Virus record (IMG/VR): IMGVR_UViG_3300028832_000004
Location: 32,001 to 96,000 of that record
Direction: 5' to 3' (one strand)
Length of the DNA: 64,000 nucleotides
From: a virus
Taxonomy: Duplodnaviria; Caudoviricetes
Under the pieces are notes generated by a model, which was given only the letters and a program-made list of their open reading frames with translations, was not told the origin of the DNA and ran no database searches. Both the position numbers and the translations under genes were made by a program. Of the stretch, positions 1-10,045 are shown piece after piece; positions within the stretch are counted from its first letter, which is position 1; the number at the start of each line of letters is the position of its first letter.

Positions 1-257
1 TACGGAAGGTCATGGTTTCCGCAGAGTACACGGATCTCGCATGGCGCCTTTTCAAATTCCTGAAGGACGAGGTTAACCGCCTCGGTGGAGACGCGGCTTG
101 TGTCGAACAGGTCCCCGAGGATCCAAATAGATTCAACCTTCTTGGCGCGGGCAATTTCCCACACGGATTCAATATCGCGTCTTTGTGCCTCGATCCAATC
201 TTCATCGGCACGGCAAAGCGGGCGCGTTCCGCTTATATGCCAGTCGGCAGTGATTAA
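1..257 (+). CDS. Hypothetical protein, probably 5'-truncated by the window edge
   Basis: Frame is open from the window start to TGA at 255-257; no recognisable motif. Confidence 0.45.
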   Translation, partial: RKVMVSAEYTDLAWRLFKFLKDEVNRLGGDAACVEQVPEDPNRFNLLGAGNFPHGFNIASLCLDPIFIGTAKRARSAYMPVGSD

Positions 258-288
258 ACACCTCAATTTTGATCTCCTTTATTCAGCA

Positions 289-531
289 TTAAAGAATGTC
301 TTCGCCCTTATTTATGATATCCTCTATTAAATTGCTAACCGGATTGCTCAACGACTCATCGGGCCGGCATCTTGGCGCAAAAGCCGTGGAAAGGGCGATG
401 AGGCATGCGACCAAGTGGGCGGCGCCCCTAAGGATAGCATATACGAGTGTTGCGGGGATGGCGGAGATGGCCCATGCGAGGGCCCATGCCCGTCGAAGTT
501 TAGGTTTCTTTTTAATTTTGAATGCGGTCAT
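289..531 (-). CDS. Small membrane protein, probably leaderless
   Basis: Basic N-terminus followed by hydrophobic segments; CGTATATT box 5 nt upstream of the ATG. Confidence 0.5.
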   Translation of the reverse strand: MTAFKIKKKPKLRRAWALAWAISAIPATLVYAILRGAAHLVACLIALSTAFAPRCRPDESLSNPVSNLIEDIINKGEDIL

Positions 532-596
532 GCAATAATATACGGACAGGTTGCGCCAATCAAAGTTTTATATGCGAATAATGACTTCGCGCGTCA

Positions 597-1085
597 TTAT
601 TCGTATTCCGCCGCTTTTTTTCTACACTTCATTTCTGCTATTATTAAAAGGTTTTCCATAATGGATTGGCTCCTTTTTGTCCCTGGCCGGCGCCTGCGGT
701 ATAAATCAATCCTGAAGTTGTGGCAGTAGTTTGCTCTCGCAAGCCACAGGGCATGTTTCGTTTCACGGAGATTTTCCTCATACGTCCACACTGCTAATCC
801 TGCTTGGCCTTCGGTGACTTCGTCAATATAATGCAATTCATTTTTCAGCCTTTCGTTTTCGGCTTTCAGCTTTTCTACATAATTTGCAACATCAATGGTA
901 TTTTTGAATCCCATCTTAGAGAACCCGCAACCGTCCCAAAAGAAGTCTTTCTGTTGTATCCTATCTTTCAGCTCGGCGATGGCGGCGTCTACTTCGCCTT
1001 TTCCATACATTTGCAGCGTTATACTTGTACCCTGAGGTACTACTGTTTCGGCTTTCAGTCCGTCGCACTTCATAGTTTCCTCCAA
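597..1085 (-). CDS. Coiled-coil phage protein, MKCD-type paralog family
   Basis: MKCDGLKAE...YGKGEVDAAIAELK motif shared with 2223..2621. Confidence 0.7.
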   Translation of the reverse strand: MEETMKCDGLKAETVVPQGTSITLQMYGKGEVDAAIAELKDRIQQKDFFWDGCGFSKMGFKNTIDVANYVEKLKAENERLKNELHYIDEVTEGQAGLAVWTYEENLRETKHALWLARANYCHNFRIDLYRRRRPGTKRSQSIMENLLIIAEMKCRKKAAEYE

Positions 1086-1088
1086 ATC

Positions 1089-1394
1089 TTAGCGACCACC
1101 AATGCGGCCACACGCGTAGCCTTTTTTCCATGCATCAAATTCACCACTTTCAGGGCATCGTAAGGCAAAGAATTTAGTCGTTGCGTCATATTTTACGGAG
1201 GCCCATCCTTTTGCGCCGCTGAGGGCAGCATCGCTGACGTCGGCACCGCGGAGATTCGCACTAATGAGGTAGGCGTTGCTAAGGTCTGCATGGCGGAGAT
1301 TAGCTTTCAGGTTTTCCCAGCCCTCGCAATCTCTTAGCAGCCAATGTTTATGATTCTCGATAATCTTGTTTAATTCGTCTTGCGTGTATTGCAT
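1089..1394 (-). CDS. Pentapeptide-repeat protein, apparently C-terminally truncated
   Basis: ANLRH ADLSN AYLIS ANLRG ADVSD AALSG repeats, then CPESGEFDAWKK and an early stop. Confidence 0.7.
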   Translation of the reverse strand: MQYTQDELNKIIENHKHWLLRDCEGWENLKANLRHADLSNAYLISANLRGADVSDAALSGAKGWASVKYDATTKFFALRCPESGEFDAWKKGYACGRIGGR

Positions 1395-1398
1395 AGTG

Positions 1399-1557
1399 CT
1401 AGCCTCCGCAAATTATAGAAGTAACCATGTCCCCGACAATAACCAGCGCAACGGCGGCAATGGCAAGCAGGCGATCGCGGGCGGGATGGCCCTTGCGCTG
1501 CCGTTCCCAATATTCAGGGCATTTATATTCGTTGAAATAAGCGTGATTGCGCTTCAT
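1399..1557 (-). CDS. Small early membrane protein (MKRNHAY...)
   Basis: ATG follows the promoter cassette and AAGGAAAG RBS; C-terminal hydrophobic helix. Confidence 0.6.
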   Translation of the reverse strand: MKRNHAYFNEYKCPEYWERQRKGHPARDRLLAIAAVALVIVGDMVTSIICGG

Positions 1558-1634
1558 AAGATCTTTCCTTGATTTAGTGCTACCTGCACCGTTATGTCTA
1601 TAATATAACTTCGTTGTTTGAAAAAGACACCCCG
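1558..1634 (-). promoter_or_regulatory. Early promoter cassette, copy 1
   Basis: GTGTCTTTTTCA (1619-1630), N11, TATATT, hairpin GGTGC-AGGTA-GCACT, AAGGAAAG RBS. Confidence 0.85.
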
Positions 1635-1880
1635 TTTTGGGAAGATTCTCGCTTCTTCGTGGCGGCATCCTACCCGATGAGAATTTTCGCTAGCTTGTCG
1701 CCAAGCACCAGCAATACGCCAATGCCATAGGCCACGGGCAAGTTTTTGATGAGCCATAAGAAGGCGCGCCGATGGGCACGACGTGGGGTGGCTCCGGCCC
1801 TACGTTCCAAGAAATAGACTACGATGTATGCGATAACCGGCATAAACACCGTTATGAGCAAAATTACGTGACCTGTCATA

Positions 1881-2219
1881 TTACCCCCTAAATCTATCAG
1901 TGAGCGCCCGCCACTTACGGTCATGGTAGAAGCGAAGATCGTCAATTAAGTCATTGGGTTCGATGTGGCGCGGGCGGTTGCGTTCCAAGTCATTCGGCGT
2001 TGTCAACCTGCAGTTAATCAACCAGCATTCGTGCTGAAACTTGCTAATGAATATCGACTTGTATGGATTGTAAATAACTGGTGGCGGATTAGGATCGATA
2101 ATAGTCGCCGAAACAAAGTGCTCGTATTCGAAGAACTTGATGTCGGGAAAAAATGCCCTCAAAAGAATTTTAAACGTTTCAATATCCATTTTATATTCTG
2201 TTTCATTCAACATGGCCAT
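1881..2219 (-). CDS. Hypothetical protein
   Basis: RBS AGGGGG; C-terminus (W..LTDRFRG) resembles that of the adjacent gene. Confidence 0.6.
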   Translation of the reverse strand: MAMLNETEYKMDIETFKILLRAFFPDIKFFEYEHFVSATIIDPNPPPVIYNPYKSIFISKFQHECWLINCRLTTPNDLERNRPRHIEPNDLIDDLRFYHDRKWRALTDRFRG

Positions 2220-2222
2220 ATT

Positions 2223-2621
2223 TTACCCCCTAAATTTGTCTGCAAGTTCGGTCCATCTACTGGACCACTTTTTAGCCCAGCGTATCCATTTTAGCCAACC
2301 GTCCCCAAACCCTTCCTCGGCATCGTACTCTGCACGATAATGACCGGCCTTCTCGCTGGACATGTTAGCCATCGCGCGGCAACACTTGCGCTTATAATGG
2401 CGAATTTCCTGTTCAGCCTCGGCTTTGAGTCTTTTAATTTCTGCATTCAGCCTACCTATTTCGGCGCCGTTCTCGATTAGCAAGTCATCCTTAATTTTCA
2501 AGGCGGCTTTCATTTCGGAGATGGCGTCGTCAACATCGGCCTTATCGTATACCACGTGCTCTGTATAGCATCCGGGATACCCTTCATATATGGTTTTTGA
2601 TTCTAATTCGTCGCATTTCAT
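2223..2621 (-). CDS. Coiled-coil phage protein, MKCD-type paralog family
   Basis: MKCDELES...YDKADVDDAISEMK; AAGGAG RBS. Confidence 0.7.
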   Translation of the reverse strand: MKCDELESKTIYEGYPGCYTEHVVYDKADVDDAISEMKAALKIKDDLLIENGAEIGRLNAEIKRLKAEAEQEIRHYKRKCCRAMANMSSEKAGHYRAEYDAEEGFGDGWLKWIRWAKKWSSRWTELADKFRG

Positions 2622-3012
2622 ATTTTTACTCCTTGGTGTGTGTCCGATTAACCGGCACTCTTTTTCATATTCATGGGCGGATTCTCCGGTCGATAGATTA
2701 CCCGAAAATTAGGATTCGGCGCTCGCCTAAGTTCTTCAGGAATTTCATCATCAATCCAACGATGATTTTTACCAGTCCAGTACCAATAACCGTCATCGTT
2801 GTCGCGATAAAGCATTGGATTCTCGGTGAAAGTATGGAATCGCGGAGAATAAAGCGGCTCGTCCATAGCGACATAGCAGTGATGTTCATTCGCATAAGCC
2901 TGAAGCCATTTGACCAGGTCTTCAGCCGGTGCCCGCGGGCACCGGCTGCGGCTTTTTACGCAAAGGCTTAGAAAGAAATCCAAAGAACTTCATTTTGGTT
3001 ACCTCCGGTTGA

Positions 3013-3303
3013 TTATCCTTCAATAAATGGGGTAGCGCTGACGGAAAACTCGCCGATAAATTTGTCCCACCACGCGTCATTCCTGATCAGGAGCTTGGCA
3101 TTGGATATGTTGCATGTTTTTGCCAAGGCATTGCGGAACGCGGCTGCACCTTTGAGGATCAAGAAGTTTTTGAAGTCCTTGCCGTGGTCCATTCGCATGC
3201 GTTTAATAATGGCGTCTTTATTCGTAAAAGCCAGCCCTACATATCGGCACTCCGAATGAATGCAGAAAAAGACATTTTCCTTATTTTTGTTATTGACCTT
3301 CAT
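3013..3303 (-). CDS. Hypothetical early protein
   Basis: GAGG RBS; directly downstream of promoter copy 2. Confidence 0.6.
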   Translation of the reverse strand: MKVNNKNKENVFFCIHSECRYVGLAFTNKDAIIKRMRMDHGKDFKNFLILKGAAAFRNALAKTCNISNAKLLIRNDAWWDKFIGEFSVSATPFIEG

Positions 3304-3334
3304 GGTTGAAACCTCATTGGTTAATCACTTACAT

Positions 3335-3514
3335 TATAAATATACTTCCTCTTTTTGAAAAAGACACCCTATTTTTGAAAAAAATGGGGTGATTTTAGGT
3401 GAACAGCGCAGATTTAAAAAGCGGGAAATTTTCACAAAACGGGTGTCTTTTTCAAATAATGAAGTTATATTATAGACATAACGGCGCAGGTAGCGCCGAA
3501 TCAAGGAAAGAACT
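3335..3514. promoter_or_regulatory. Divergent pair of early promoters, copies 2 (-) and 3 (+)
   Basis: GTGTCTTTTTCA at 3356-3367 (-) and 3443-3454 (+), each N11-TATATT; + copy has hairpin GGCGC-AGGTA-GCGCC and RBS. Confidence 0.85.
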
Positions 3515-3916
3515 ATGGCTACGCTTTATGAAAAAGAATTCACGGCACAGGTCGCCCGCTTGATCGCGGCCGGATATACTATCGCGGTCCACCCTATGTG
3601 CGGCCATCAAGGCGAAATCGCCAAGGTCTGTTTCGAAAAGGATGGCAAGTATTACGCACTGTATTTGACCAACGAGTATAACCATGACATACCATCTCCG
3701 GAAAATCCCGGAGATGAAGTCCGCATAATTTTTGGATACGCTCCCGGGGATTACGGGGAGCCGTATTCTACAATGTGGCTGAAAAACGTATCTGAAATTG
3801 AACGCCGCACCTTTTACATCATCGGCGGCTATAACAAAAAGAACGCGTTTATCACGGAAGATAAAGACGCGGCTTGGAAGGCAGCGCAAGAACACGAGGT
3901 AGCGGCATGCCGGTAA
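3515..3916 (+). CDS. Hypothetical early protein
   Basis: AAGGAAAG RBS after the promoter cassette. Confidence 0.7.
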   Translation: MATLYEKEFTAQVARLIAAGYTIAVHPMCGHQGEIAKVCFEKDGKYYALYLTNEYNHDIPSPENPGDEVRIIFGYAPGDYGEPYSTMWLKNVSEIERRTFYIIGGYNKKNAFITEDKDAAWKAAQEHEVAACR

Positions 3917-4437
3917 AAACACTAGCGATGCGTAGGCTCAACGGCCAAAAACGCTCATTCTACTGCGATGATGGGTGCCATCACCGTAACATCGACTTCT
4001 ACCCCGCAGAGCTCGTCGAAAAGATTATTACAGATCTCGCCAACGAAGTGCTGGACGGCCGCAAGGCGTTGAATTCCGCCTTCGATCATTATCGTGCCAA
4101 GCGCAAGGAACTGCGGGACGAGCGCCACGCCGCCATCGCCGAACTCCACGCGCTTCAAAACAAAATGTGCGAGGATGTGTTCGAAGGCGTTTCGCCGCGC
4201 CATATCCAGTGCCCGCCTTTGAGATACGCCGCCTTCATCACCAACAAGACGCGCCGGAACTATTACCTTGCCCTGGCGCGTGCCGCCGAAACCGGTCGCC
4301 TCTTTTGGGCAAAAGAAGGCATCTTTGCTTTGCGCGAAGGACGCAAGAAAGATTCGGAAAAGGCTTACAAGCTGGAACTGCGCCGTAGCCGTCAGGTTCG
4401 CGTATTCACTGCGAAGGCTATGGAGGTTAAAATCTAA
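3874..4437 (+). CDS. Hypothetical protein (true start probably about 3907)
   Basis: Long ORF coupled to its neighbours; GAGG before the ATG at 3907. Confidence 0.6.
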   Translation: MEGSARTRGSGMPVKTLAMRRLNGQKRSFYCDDGCHHRNIDFYPAELVEKIITDLANEVLDGRKALNSAFDHYRAKRKELRDERHAAIAELHALQNKMCEDVFEGVSPRHIQCPPLRYAAFITNKTRRNYYLALARAAETGRLFWAKEGIFALREGRKKDSEKAYKLELRRSRQVRVFTAKAMEVKI

Positions 4438-4667
4438 TGACAGATGAAGAATTCCAAAAGGCGCCGGACTGGTCTTACTGGACCCCGAAACGCATCCTCA
4501 AGAAGAAGTGCGATTGCCCGGACTTCTGTGAACGGCGCGTTGTGGGTTGCGGCTATGATGGCAGCAAGCAGTATTTGTGCAAGAACTGCGGCCAAATTTA
4601 TGAGGTGAAAGGGCTCCGCCCGATTCGCATTCGAGGGACCAAAAAAGGAACACTGCGGAGGTTGTGA
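4437..4667 (+). CDS. Small Cys-rich zinc-ribbon protein
   Basis: CDCPDFC and CKNC motifs; GGAGG RBS. Confidence 0.6.
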   Translation: MTDEEFQKAPDWSYWTPKRILKKKCDCPDFCERRVVGCGYDGSKQYLCKNCGQIYEVKGLRPIRIRGTKKGTLRRL

Positions 4668-4867
4668 TGGCAGCTGTGGATTACTGTAAAAAAACGACCA
4701 TTGCCCGACGCGGTCAAGGAAGCACTCCTTGATTTAGTCGATCGATTGGATTATTACTATTACGATAAAGAAAGCAGCCAATACAAAGGCCTGCATAGTG
4801 TTGTCGCCGACAAGTTGAAATACGTACATCGAAAAATGGATGGAAAATAATTGGGAGAGGCAGCCAA

Positions 4868-5203
4868 ATGAGCAAGTATCCTAAACAAACAATTATGATT
4901 TGCACGAAATGCGGGTTGACCGAACCGCAAACCAAACAGAACGAAACCGGCTATTGCAGCCGCTGCGATACATTTCATATGGTCGCGAAGGCTGGAACGC
5001 GCGTCTATTTGACGGCGGATGAAGTCCAAGTCATCAAGAAGGCGCTGGACGCTTATTCCGACCACTGCGGCGAAGTCATTGGGGACTACAAAGAAAGTGA
5101 AACCTTGGGGATGCCGCATACGGACTTTGAAACGGAGAACTATAATGAAGCATTCCACGATCGGGATGTGATCCGGCTCTCGCTATCGGGCAAGCTCAAA
5201 TAA
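4868..5203 (+). CDS. Zinc-finger hypothetical protein
   Basis: CTKC...CSRC. Confidence 0.6.
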   Translation: MSKYPKQTIMICTKCGLTEPQTKQNETGYCSRCDTFHMVAKAGTRVYLTADEVQVIKKALDAYSDHCGEVIGDYKESETLGMPHTDFETENYNEAFHDRDVIRLSLSGKLK

Positions 5204-5341
5204 AGGTGCATAGACAGCGATTTAAGGCGATTAAAAATGGCAGGCATGTAAATGCCTGCCTTTAATATTTGAAGCGCTTATACGCGCCTTTACGTGCATT
5301 TAATCGCCCGTTTATTCGCCCCTTTAATGGCTCCGGCGAAT

Positions 5342-5818
5342 TTAAATATCGGCGCTCTTGGGGAGCAGCTTCTGCGTTTCTTCGCGGACCTGCTGGAGCA
5401 ATTTTTCATATTCGCGCAAAGTAAGGTGCTTGTGATCCGGTGTGATGTAGATGGGGATTCCAGTCGGGAGCGGCTTTCCGTTTTCCATCGGCCATACCTT
5501 GATGCCACGCGCAAGGTATACGTCAAAAAAGATGTCGGATATCTTGCGGCGGATCACATCATAGCCTTTACCTTTGAGATACTCAATCGCCTTGTCCGCA
5601 TCGTTCGGCTGGCTTTTGGGAATGGAAAAGTTAAAGGAGAAGGTGATCAAATCATCCGCAGATTTCACGAGGGAATCAAGGGTTGCAAGATCTTTGACAA
5701 ACATGCAATCGCCGATGCGGAAATCGCGGTATCCATCTTTAAACTTATACTGGACGAGATAGCCATCCGCATTTTCAAGGGTGGCGGCTTCGTTCTTGTG
5801 TATCATCTTGATATTCAT
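5342..5818 (-). CDS. Putative internal head protein with candidate capsid-targeting propeptide
   Basis: N-terminus MNIKMIHKNE|A matches the shared motif. Confidence 0.55.
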   Translation of the reverse strand: MNIKMIHKNEAATLENADGYLVQYKFKDGYRDFRIGDCMFVKDLATLDSLVKSADDLITFSFNFSIPKSQPNDADKAIEYLKGKGYDVIRRKISDIFFDVYLARGIKVWPMENGKPLPTGIPIYITPDHKHLTLREYEKLLQQVREETQKLLPKSADI

Positions 5819-5865
5819 ATGTTCTTCCTTATATTAAAATTCCTCTTAAATATACATTCCTTCGA

Positions 5866-6693
5866 CTAGACGACCCAATATGTAAAACGCGCCCCGCGTG
5901 GCGTATAAACCGCCTCCTTCGCAACAACCAAGCGCTTGTCGTCCGTCAATGCGGAAACCACCATGCTTCCAACCGGAATGTCCTGCCCGTCCGTCGTAAA
6001 TGTCTGCTTCTTGGACCATAGCGCCGCAAGATCATTGTAATTCTTCACAAGGCTCGCCATGACGCCCGCGGCATGCGTTATAGGGCGGCCGCCTTCAAGC
6101 ACCACATTCGGGGTTTCCTTGCCGCCATATAAGGTGGCGTTAGGCTCCGATAATGTGTATCCTACCGAAAGGGGGCGGCTGTACGTTCCTTGGAATCCAG
6201 CCAATACGTCAACCGGCTTCTGCTTATAAAGGCGACTCAGGAACGTAATCTTCTTGTTTTTAAAATCGACAAACGCGGGGGAACTTCCCATATTCGCCAA
6301 TGCCAAAACCATATCCGCGTCGGAGTGGCTCATATTCAAGATGGACATTTCAGCGGATAGCATTTCCGGCCCATCTATTTCAAACCCATAGTTGGCAATA
6401 ATATCCGAAATGGGAGTGTCCCTAAAGCTGACCGGATGCGCCTCGTCAAATACGGGGCATGCGGAATCCACGGCGCCTGCGTTGTAAAGCAAGGCGCCTG
6501 TCCCGTCTACCGACACATCCATGCCGGAGAGGGTTCCTTCATATTCCTTATCGCCTACGGTGAGCATCACCTTTTCCAGCCCGGTATAACTATCGACCTT
6601 GCAGGTGAACCGATAAAATGGATACTCCGACAAGGCTTCACGGATAATGATGTGTTCAGGCGGCTCCGATGCAACCGAAATGTTTATGTTCAT
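5866..6693 (-). CDS. Putative baseplate hub protein
   Basis: Position after tape-measure and tube-initiator genes; beta-rich sequence; inference from synteny. Confidence 0.45.
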   Translation of the reverse strand: MNINISVASEPPEHIIIREALSEYPFYRFTCKVDSYTGLEKVMLTVGDKEYEGTLSGMDVSVDGTGALLYNAGAVDSACPVFDEAHPVSFRDTPISDIIANYGFEIDGPEMLSAEMSILNMSHSDADMVLALANMGSSPAFVDFKNKKITFLSRLYKQKPVDVLAGFQGTYSRPLSVGYTLSEPNATLYGGKETPNVVLEGGRPITHAAGVMASLVKNYNDLAALWSKKQTFTTDGQDIPVGSMVVSALTDDKRLVVAKEAVYTPRGARFTYWVV

Positions 6694-6974
6694 ATGTGGA
6701 AGTCCTCGTCCATGTCGATCAGCTCACGATTCAGCGAAAGGTGGTCAGGGCGCGGATATGCACGGCCATGAACCAACATCCACGGCGAATCAATGCCCGC
6801 GGCGACCATGTCCAGCTTCATATACTCATTTGCGCCGAAAATCTTGTCCGGGCGGAATTCGGTATCCCGCCTAATTACCACCGGCTGCCCTGCCTGCACC
6901 TTCTTGATATGAAGATCGCTGTTCGTGGTGAGCAACATTTGAATGTTCTTGGATTCCAAATTTACGCCGGGCAT
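6690..6974 (-). CDS. Small baseplate wedge protein (gp53/LysM-like)
   Basis: EFRPDKI motif; size and synteny. Confidence 0.4.
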   Translation of the reverse strand: MPGVNLESKNIQMLLTTNSDLHIKKVQAGQPVVIRRDTEFRPDKIFGANEYMKLDMVAAGIDSPWMLVHGRAYPRPDHLSLNRELIDMDEDFHI

Positions 6975-6983
6975 ACTCGCCTC

Positions 6984-7943
6984 CTACCCCAATTCCTTTG
7001 CCTTGCTTAAATAGCGGGACGGCACGGTTTCAAGAGATGTGCTGCTGTCCTGTGCCTTGCCTTCCGTTTCATCCGTGAAGTTCGCAAGAAGGCCGCCAAG
7101 CGGGTTTTCCATCGAAATAGAAACGGTACATTTGGTCGGATAGAATCCGGTATTGTCCGTTACGAATGCGCCCGGGGTCACCGACATGCTTGTCGGCATG
7201 TATGATATGTTTGCATGCCATTGCGGGATGCCATCTACAATCAAGGTCGGCGCAGTTTCCGCGCCCATGCCCGCCCACTGGTTTTGTACCTCACGTGGGG
7301 TATTCGAATAATACTGGATAGCGGCGGTATTAAATACGCTTCCGCCTAAATAACGGTCGCGCGCCGCGAAATATGCCTTTTCCTCATTGGATCCTGCCTT
7401 CACCTTCTCGTTTGTGGTGGCAATGGTCAATGCATCGCCCACATCGGAAAAGGAATGCATTACCATCCCCTTGACGGCCGCTTGCACCGGATCCGAATTC
7501 ACGAATGAATTCTTGGCCGGATGGTATACCGCGCATGATGCAGCCGCCGACACCGATTGGCGCCAGCCGTATTCGGCCGCAATACTAGATACCTTTTCGT
7601 CAAATGCTGCACACTGGCGGGCATTTTCAAAGTACACATCCCCGGATAAGGACATGCTCATGGATGAGAGCTCGTCATAGGATACCCCGGGGACCGGCTT
7701 TGAATCGCTCATACGCAGGCCCTTGCGGATCTGCTCTATCTGCGTATTCATATTCACCAATGTGGAGAACAGCTGGGATACCGCCCCGTTAGGGCTTTGG
7801 GTCCTAAATGTCGGCAATGCCAATTTCTGCAGCTCGGGAATATTGGACACGTAAATGGGTATGCCCAAGTACATGATGCAATTCCGGCGGGCGGCTGCCC
7901 TGAACGTTCTCGATTCAATTGCCTCGGGCATGGTTACCTCCAC
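6984..7943 (-). CDS. Putative baseplate or tail-tube initiator protein
   Basis: C-terminal PTSMSVT...GFYPTKCTVSISM pattern typical of tube-fold initiators; synteny. Confidence 0.45.
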   Translation of the reverse strand: MEVTMPEAIESRTFRAAARRNCIMYLGIPIYVSNIPELQKLALPTFRTQSPNGAVSQLFSTLVNMNTQIEQIRKGLRMSDSKPVPGVSYDELSSMSMSLSGDVYFENARQCAAFDEKVSSIAAEYGWRQSVSAAASCAVYHPAKNSFVNSDPVQAAVKGMVMHSFSDVGDALTIATTNEKVKAGSNEEKAYFAARDRYLGGSVFNTAAIQYYSNTPREVQNQWAGMGAETAPTLIVDGIPQWHANISYMPTSMSVTPGAFVTDNTGFYPTKCTVSISMENPLGGLLANFTDETEGKAQDSSTSLETVPSRYLSKAKELG

Positions 7944-9892
7944 ATATCAACATTGCTATTGCTTGCGCCAACCGGGACAACCCCGACGGATTGTTCTCGC
8001 GGATAAGCAGGTGCGGGCGCCGGGGATTCAACGCGGCTGGACTTTGCGGCGGTACTGGTCGGCGCCTGATGCGTAATGCCGCCGGATGTTCCGGGGATGG
8101 TTTCCACGGAGAACGTGGCGGGCGCGTTTGCCCTCACGGGACTTCTAAGGGTGGCAACTGATCCGCGATCCGCCGAGCTTGCCAATGTTGTAGTCTTTGC
8201 ACGCTGCCTTTCTTCTTCAACGCGGGCGCCCTGATATTCGGAAAACCATTCGGCGCGGGTCTTGCCGGTGGCTTCGGCCACGCGGGTGTTTGATTCCTCA
8301 TAGCGTTCGCGAAGAGGATTGCTTGTCAGGCGGATGGCATCGGAAATTTGGGAGCCCATGAAAATGAGCTTGGCGGCCAATTCGTTCCCGAGGGTGATGC
8401 CGACAGCGGGGATGGCGGTTGCCATTTCAATCAAGGCGCCGCCGGTCTGTTCAAAGACCGGGAACATATCCTTGAACTTGTCCATAACCTTTCCAATGGC
8501 AATGACTGCAGGCGGGGCCACCGCCATATTCATCAGGTTGGAAAATCCAATATCCTTTTGCTGGGACGCGGTGACAAGCGAGCCTTCCTGTTTTTGGGCA
8601 AACGCCTCGCTTACCGTTTTTTCCTCCTCGCGTATGGCAGCGGCCTTGGATGCGGTTGCTTCGGCACGCGCCGCCTTATTCGCATCCTCCGCCGCAGTAA
8701 GGTCGGCTACGGCGCCCTTGCGTATCTCCGCCGCGTTATATGCCGCCCCAATGCCTTCCGAGTATGTAATGAGTCCGGAAGTTTCAACGGACGGCCTAGT
8801 CTTCCCTTCTGCGTCCGTTTTAGGGGTGACCAATTTTGCATAGGCATCGCCTGCCTTGGAAACAGCGGCATCCGCTTCCAAATTCTTGGAAGCAACTTCC
8901 GCCTCCACTTTAGCCATCTTTTCAGCCTGAACGGCGGCTTGGGTACCGGCATCAAGTATGAGCCCTGCGCTTGCTGCCGGGGCTTCGCGAATGGCGGATG
9001 CAATGTCGCCAATCGGGGAGATTACGGCGCCAAGGGCTGCCGTTATGGATTGGATCCCCGTGGCCCCGTTTAAACCTGCGGGGGTGGCGGTTTTGCGTGC
9101 TTCTTGTAGTTTGGCGGCACCGGCGGCGGCAACGGCATCCCGATTTTCTTTGGCAGTATCGAGTGCAGCCTTTGCGGTTTCTACCTGTGTGAGAGCCGCG
9201 TTGCCAACTTCAACCTTTTGGAGTGCACGCCCGCTCAGTTCTGCCGCTTTTTCCATGGAAGCGGCATATTTCTTTTGGGCGCGCGCAAGGGCGGCATCCG
9301 CATCATCCACGCCTTTATCAATCCCCGAAACGGTTTCTGCGCGTATATCGGAAGCCTCGCCTACCATGTTCTCATAACGCGCAGTGGATACCGCCGCTAT
9401 GTCCGTTTTGGTCTGTTCGCTAGCCTTGACAAAATTTTCAACAAGTCCTTGAAATCCTTTTCCGCCTATGGCGCCTATTAAGCCAAGCCAATTTTTTTGA
9501 AGTTCTCCGGATTGGCGTCCGGAAACCGCATTTAAATTTTCGGCACGTTTAGCTGCGGCGTCAGCACGGCGGCGCGCAGCCTCGCCGTCCTTCGCTTCCT
9601 TCTCCGCCAGCTTGAGTGAGCGGGCCTCTGTTTCATTTAACGCATTGAAGGCGCGGGCTGCTTCTTTAAGGTCCACCAAAAATTGGCGTTCAAGTCCCGC
9701 CATTTCATTTTTTCGGTTTTCGGCAGCATCGAGTTCTTTCTTATTGGTATTTGCCCTAATAAGATTGCTTTCATCTATGGCATCCACCAATTTCTTCAAG
9801 GAATCGGGCAAGGCGTTGCGCTCTTCCTTAGATAAGGAATCCTTGCCGCCGGTTATTTGTCTTGCAAGAAATGTAGTTATATCTGTCGCCAT
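7934..9892 (-). CDS. Tape-measure-like protein
   Basis: 652 aa, Ala/Glu/Lys-rich helical, located after the tube and chaperone genes. Confidence 0.6.
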   Translation of the reverse strand: MATDITTFLARQITGGKDSLSKEERNALPDSLKKLVDAIDESNLIRANTNKKELDAAENRKNEMAGLERQFLVDLKEAARAFNALNETEARSLKLAEKEAKDGEAARRRADAAAKRAENLNAVSGRQSGELQKNWLGLIGAIGGKGFQGLVENFVKASEQTKTDIAAVSTARYENMVGEASDIRAETVSGIDKGVDDADAALARAQKKYAASMEKAAELSGRALQKVEVGNAALTQVETAKAALDTAKENRDAVAAAGAAKLQEARKTATPAGLNGATGIQSITAALGAVISPIGDIASAIREAPAASAGLILDAGTQAAVQAEKMAKVEAEVASKNLEADAAVSKAGDAYAKLVTPKTDAEGKTRPSVETSGLITYSEGIGAAYNAAEIRKGAVADLTAAEDANKAARAEATASKAAAIREEEKTVSEAFAQKQEGSLVTASQQKDIGFSNLMNMAVAPPAVIAIGKVMDKFKDMFPVFEQTGGALIEMATAIPAVGITLGNELAAKLIFMGSQISDAIRLTSNPLRERYEESNTRVAEATGKTRAEWFSEYQGARVEEERQRAKTTTLASSADRGSVATLRSPVRANAPATFSVETIPGTSGGITHQAPTSTAAKSSRVESPAPAPAYPREQSVGVVPVGASNSNVDMWR

Positions 9893-10045
9893 GGCCGCAT
9901 CCTGAAACCTTAGAAGTATACTACAAAACTACATAATTTGACGGTTATTAACACCGCTGCCTATTTGCGTGCGGCATCCCTTTGACGGATCATTTCCTCG
10001 CGGGCATTTAGAAAATCCAGTATCTCCGCAAGGCATTGATCTTCA

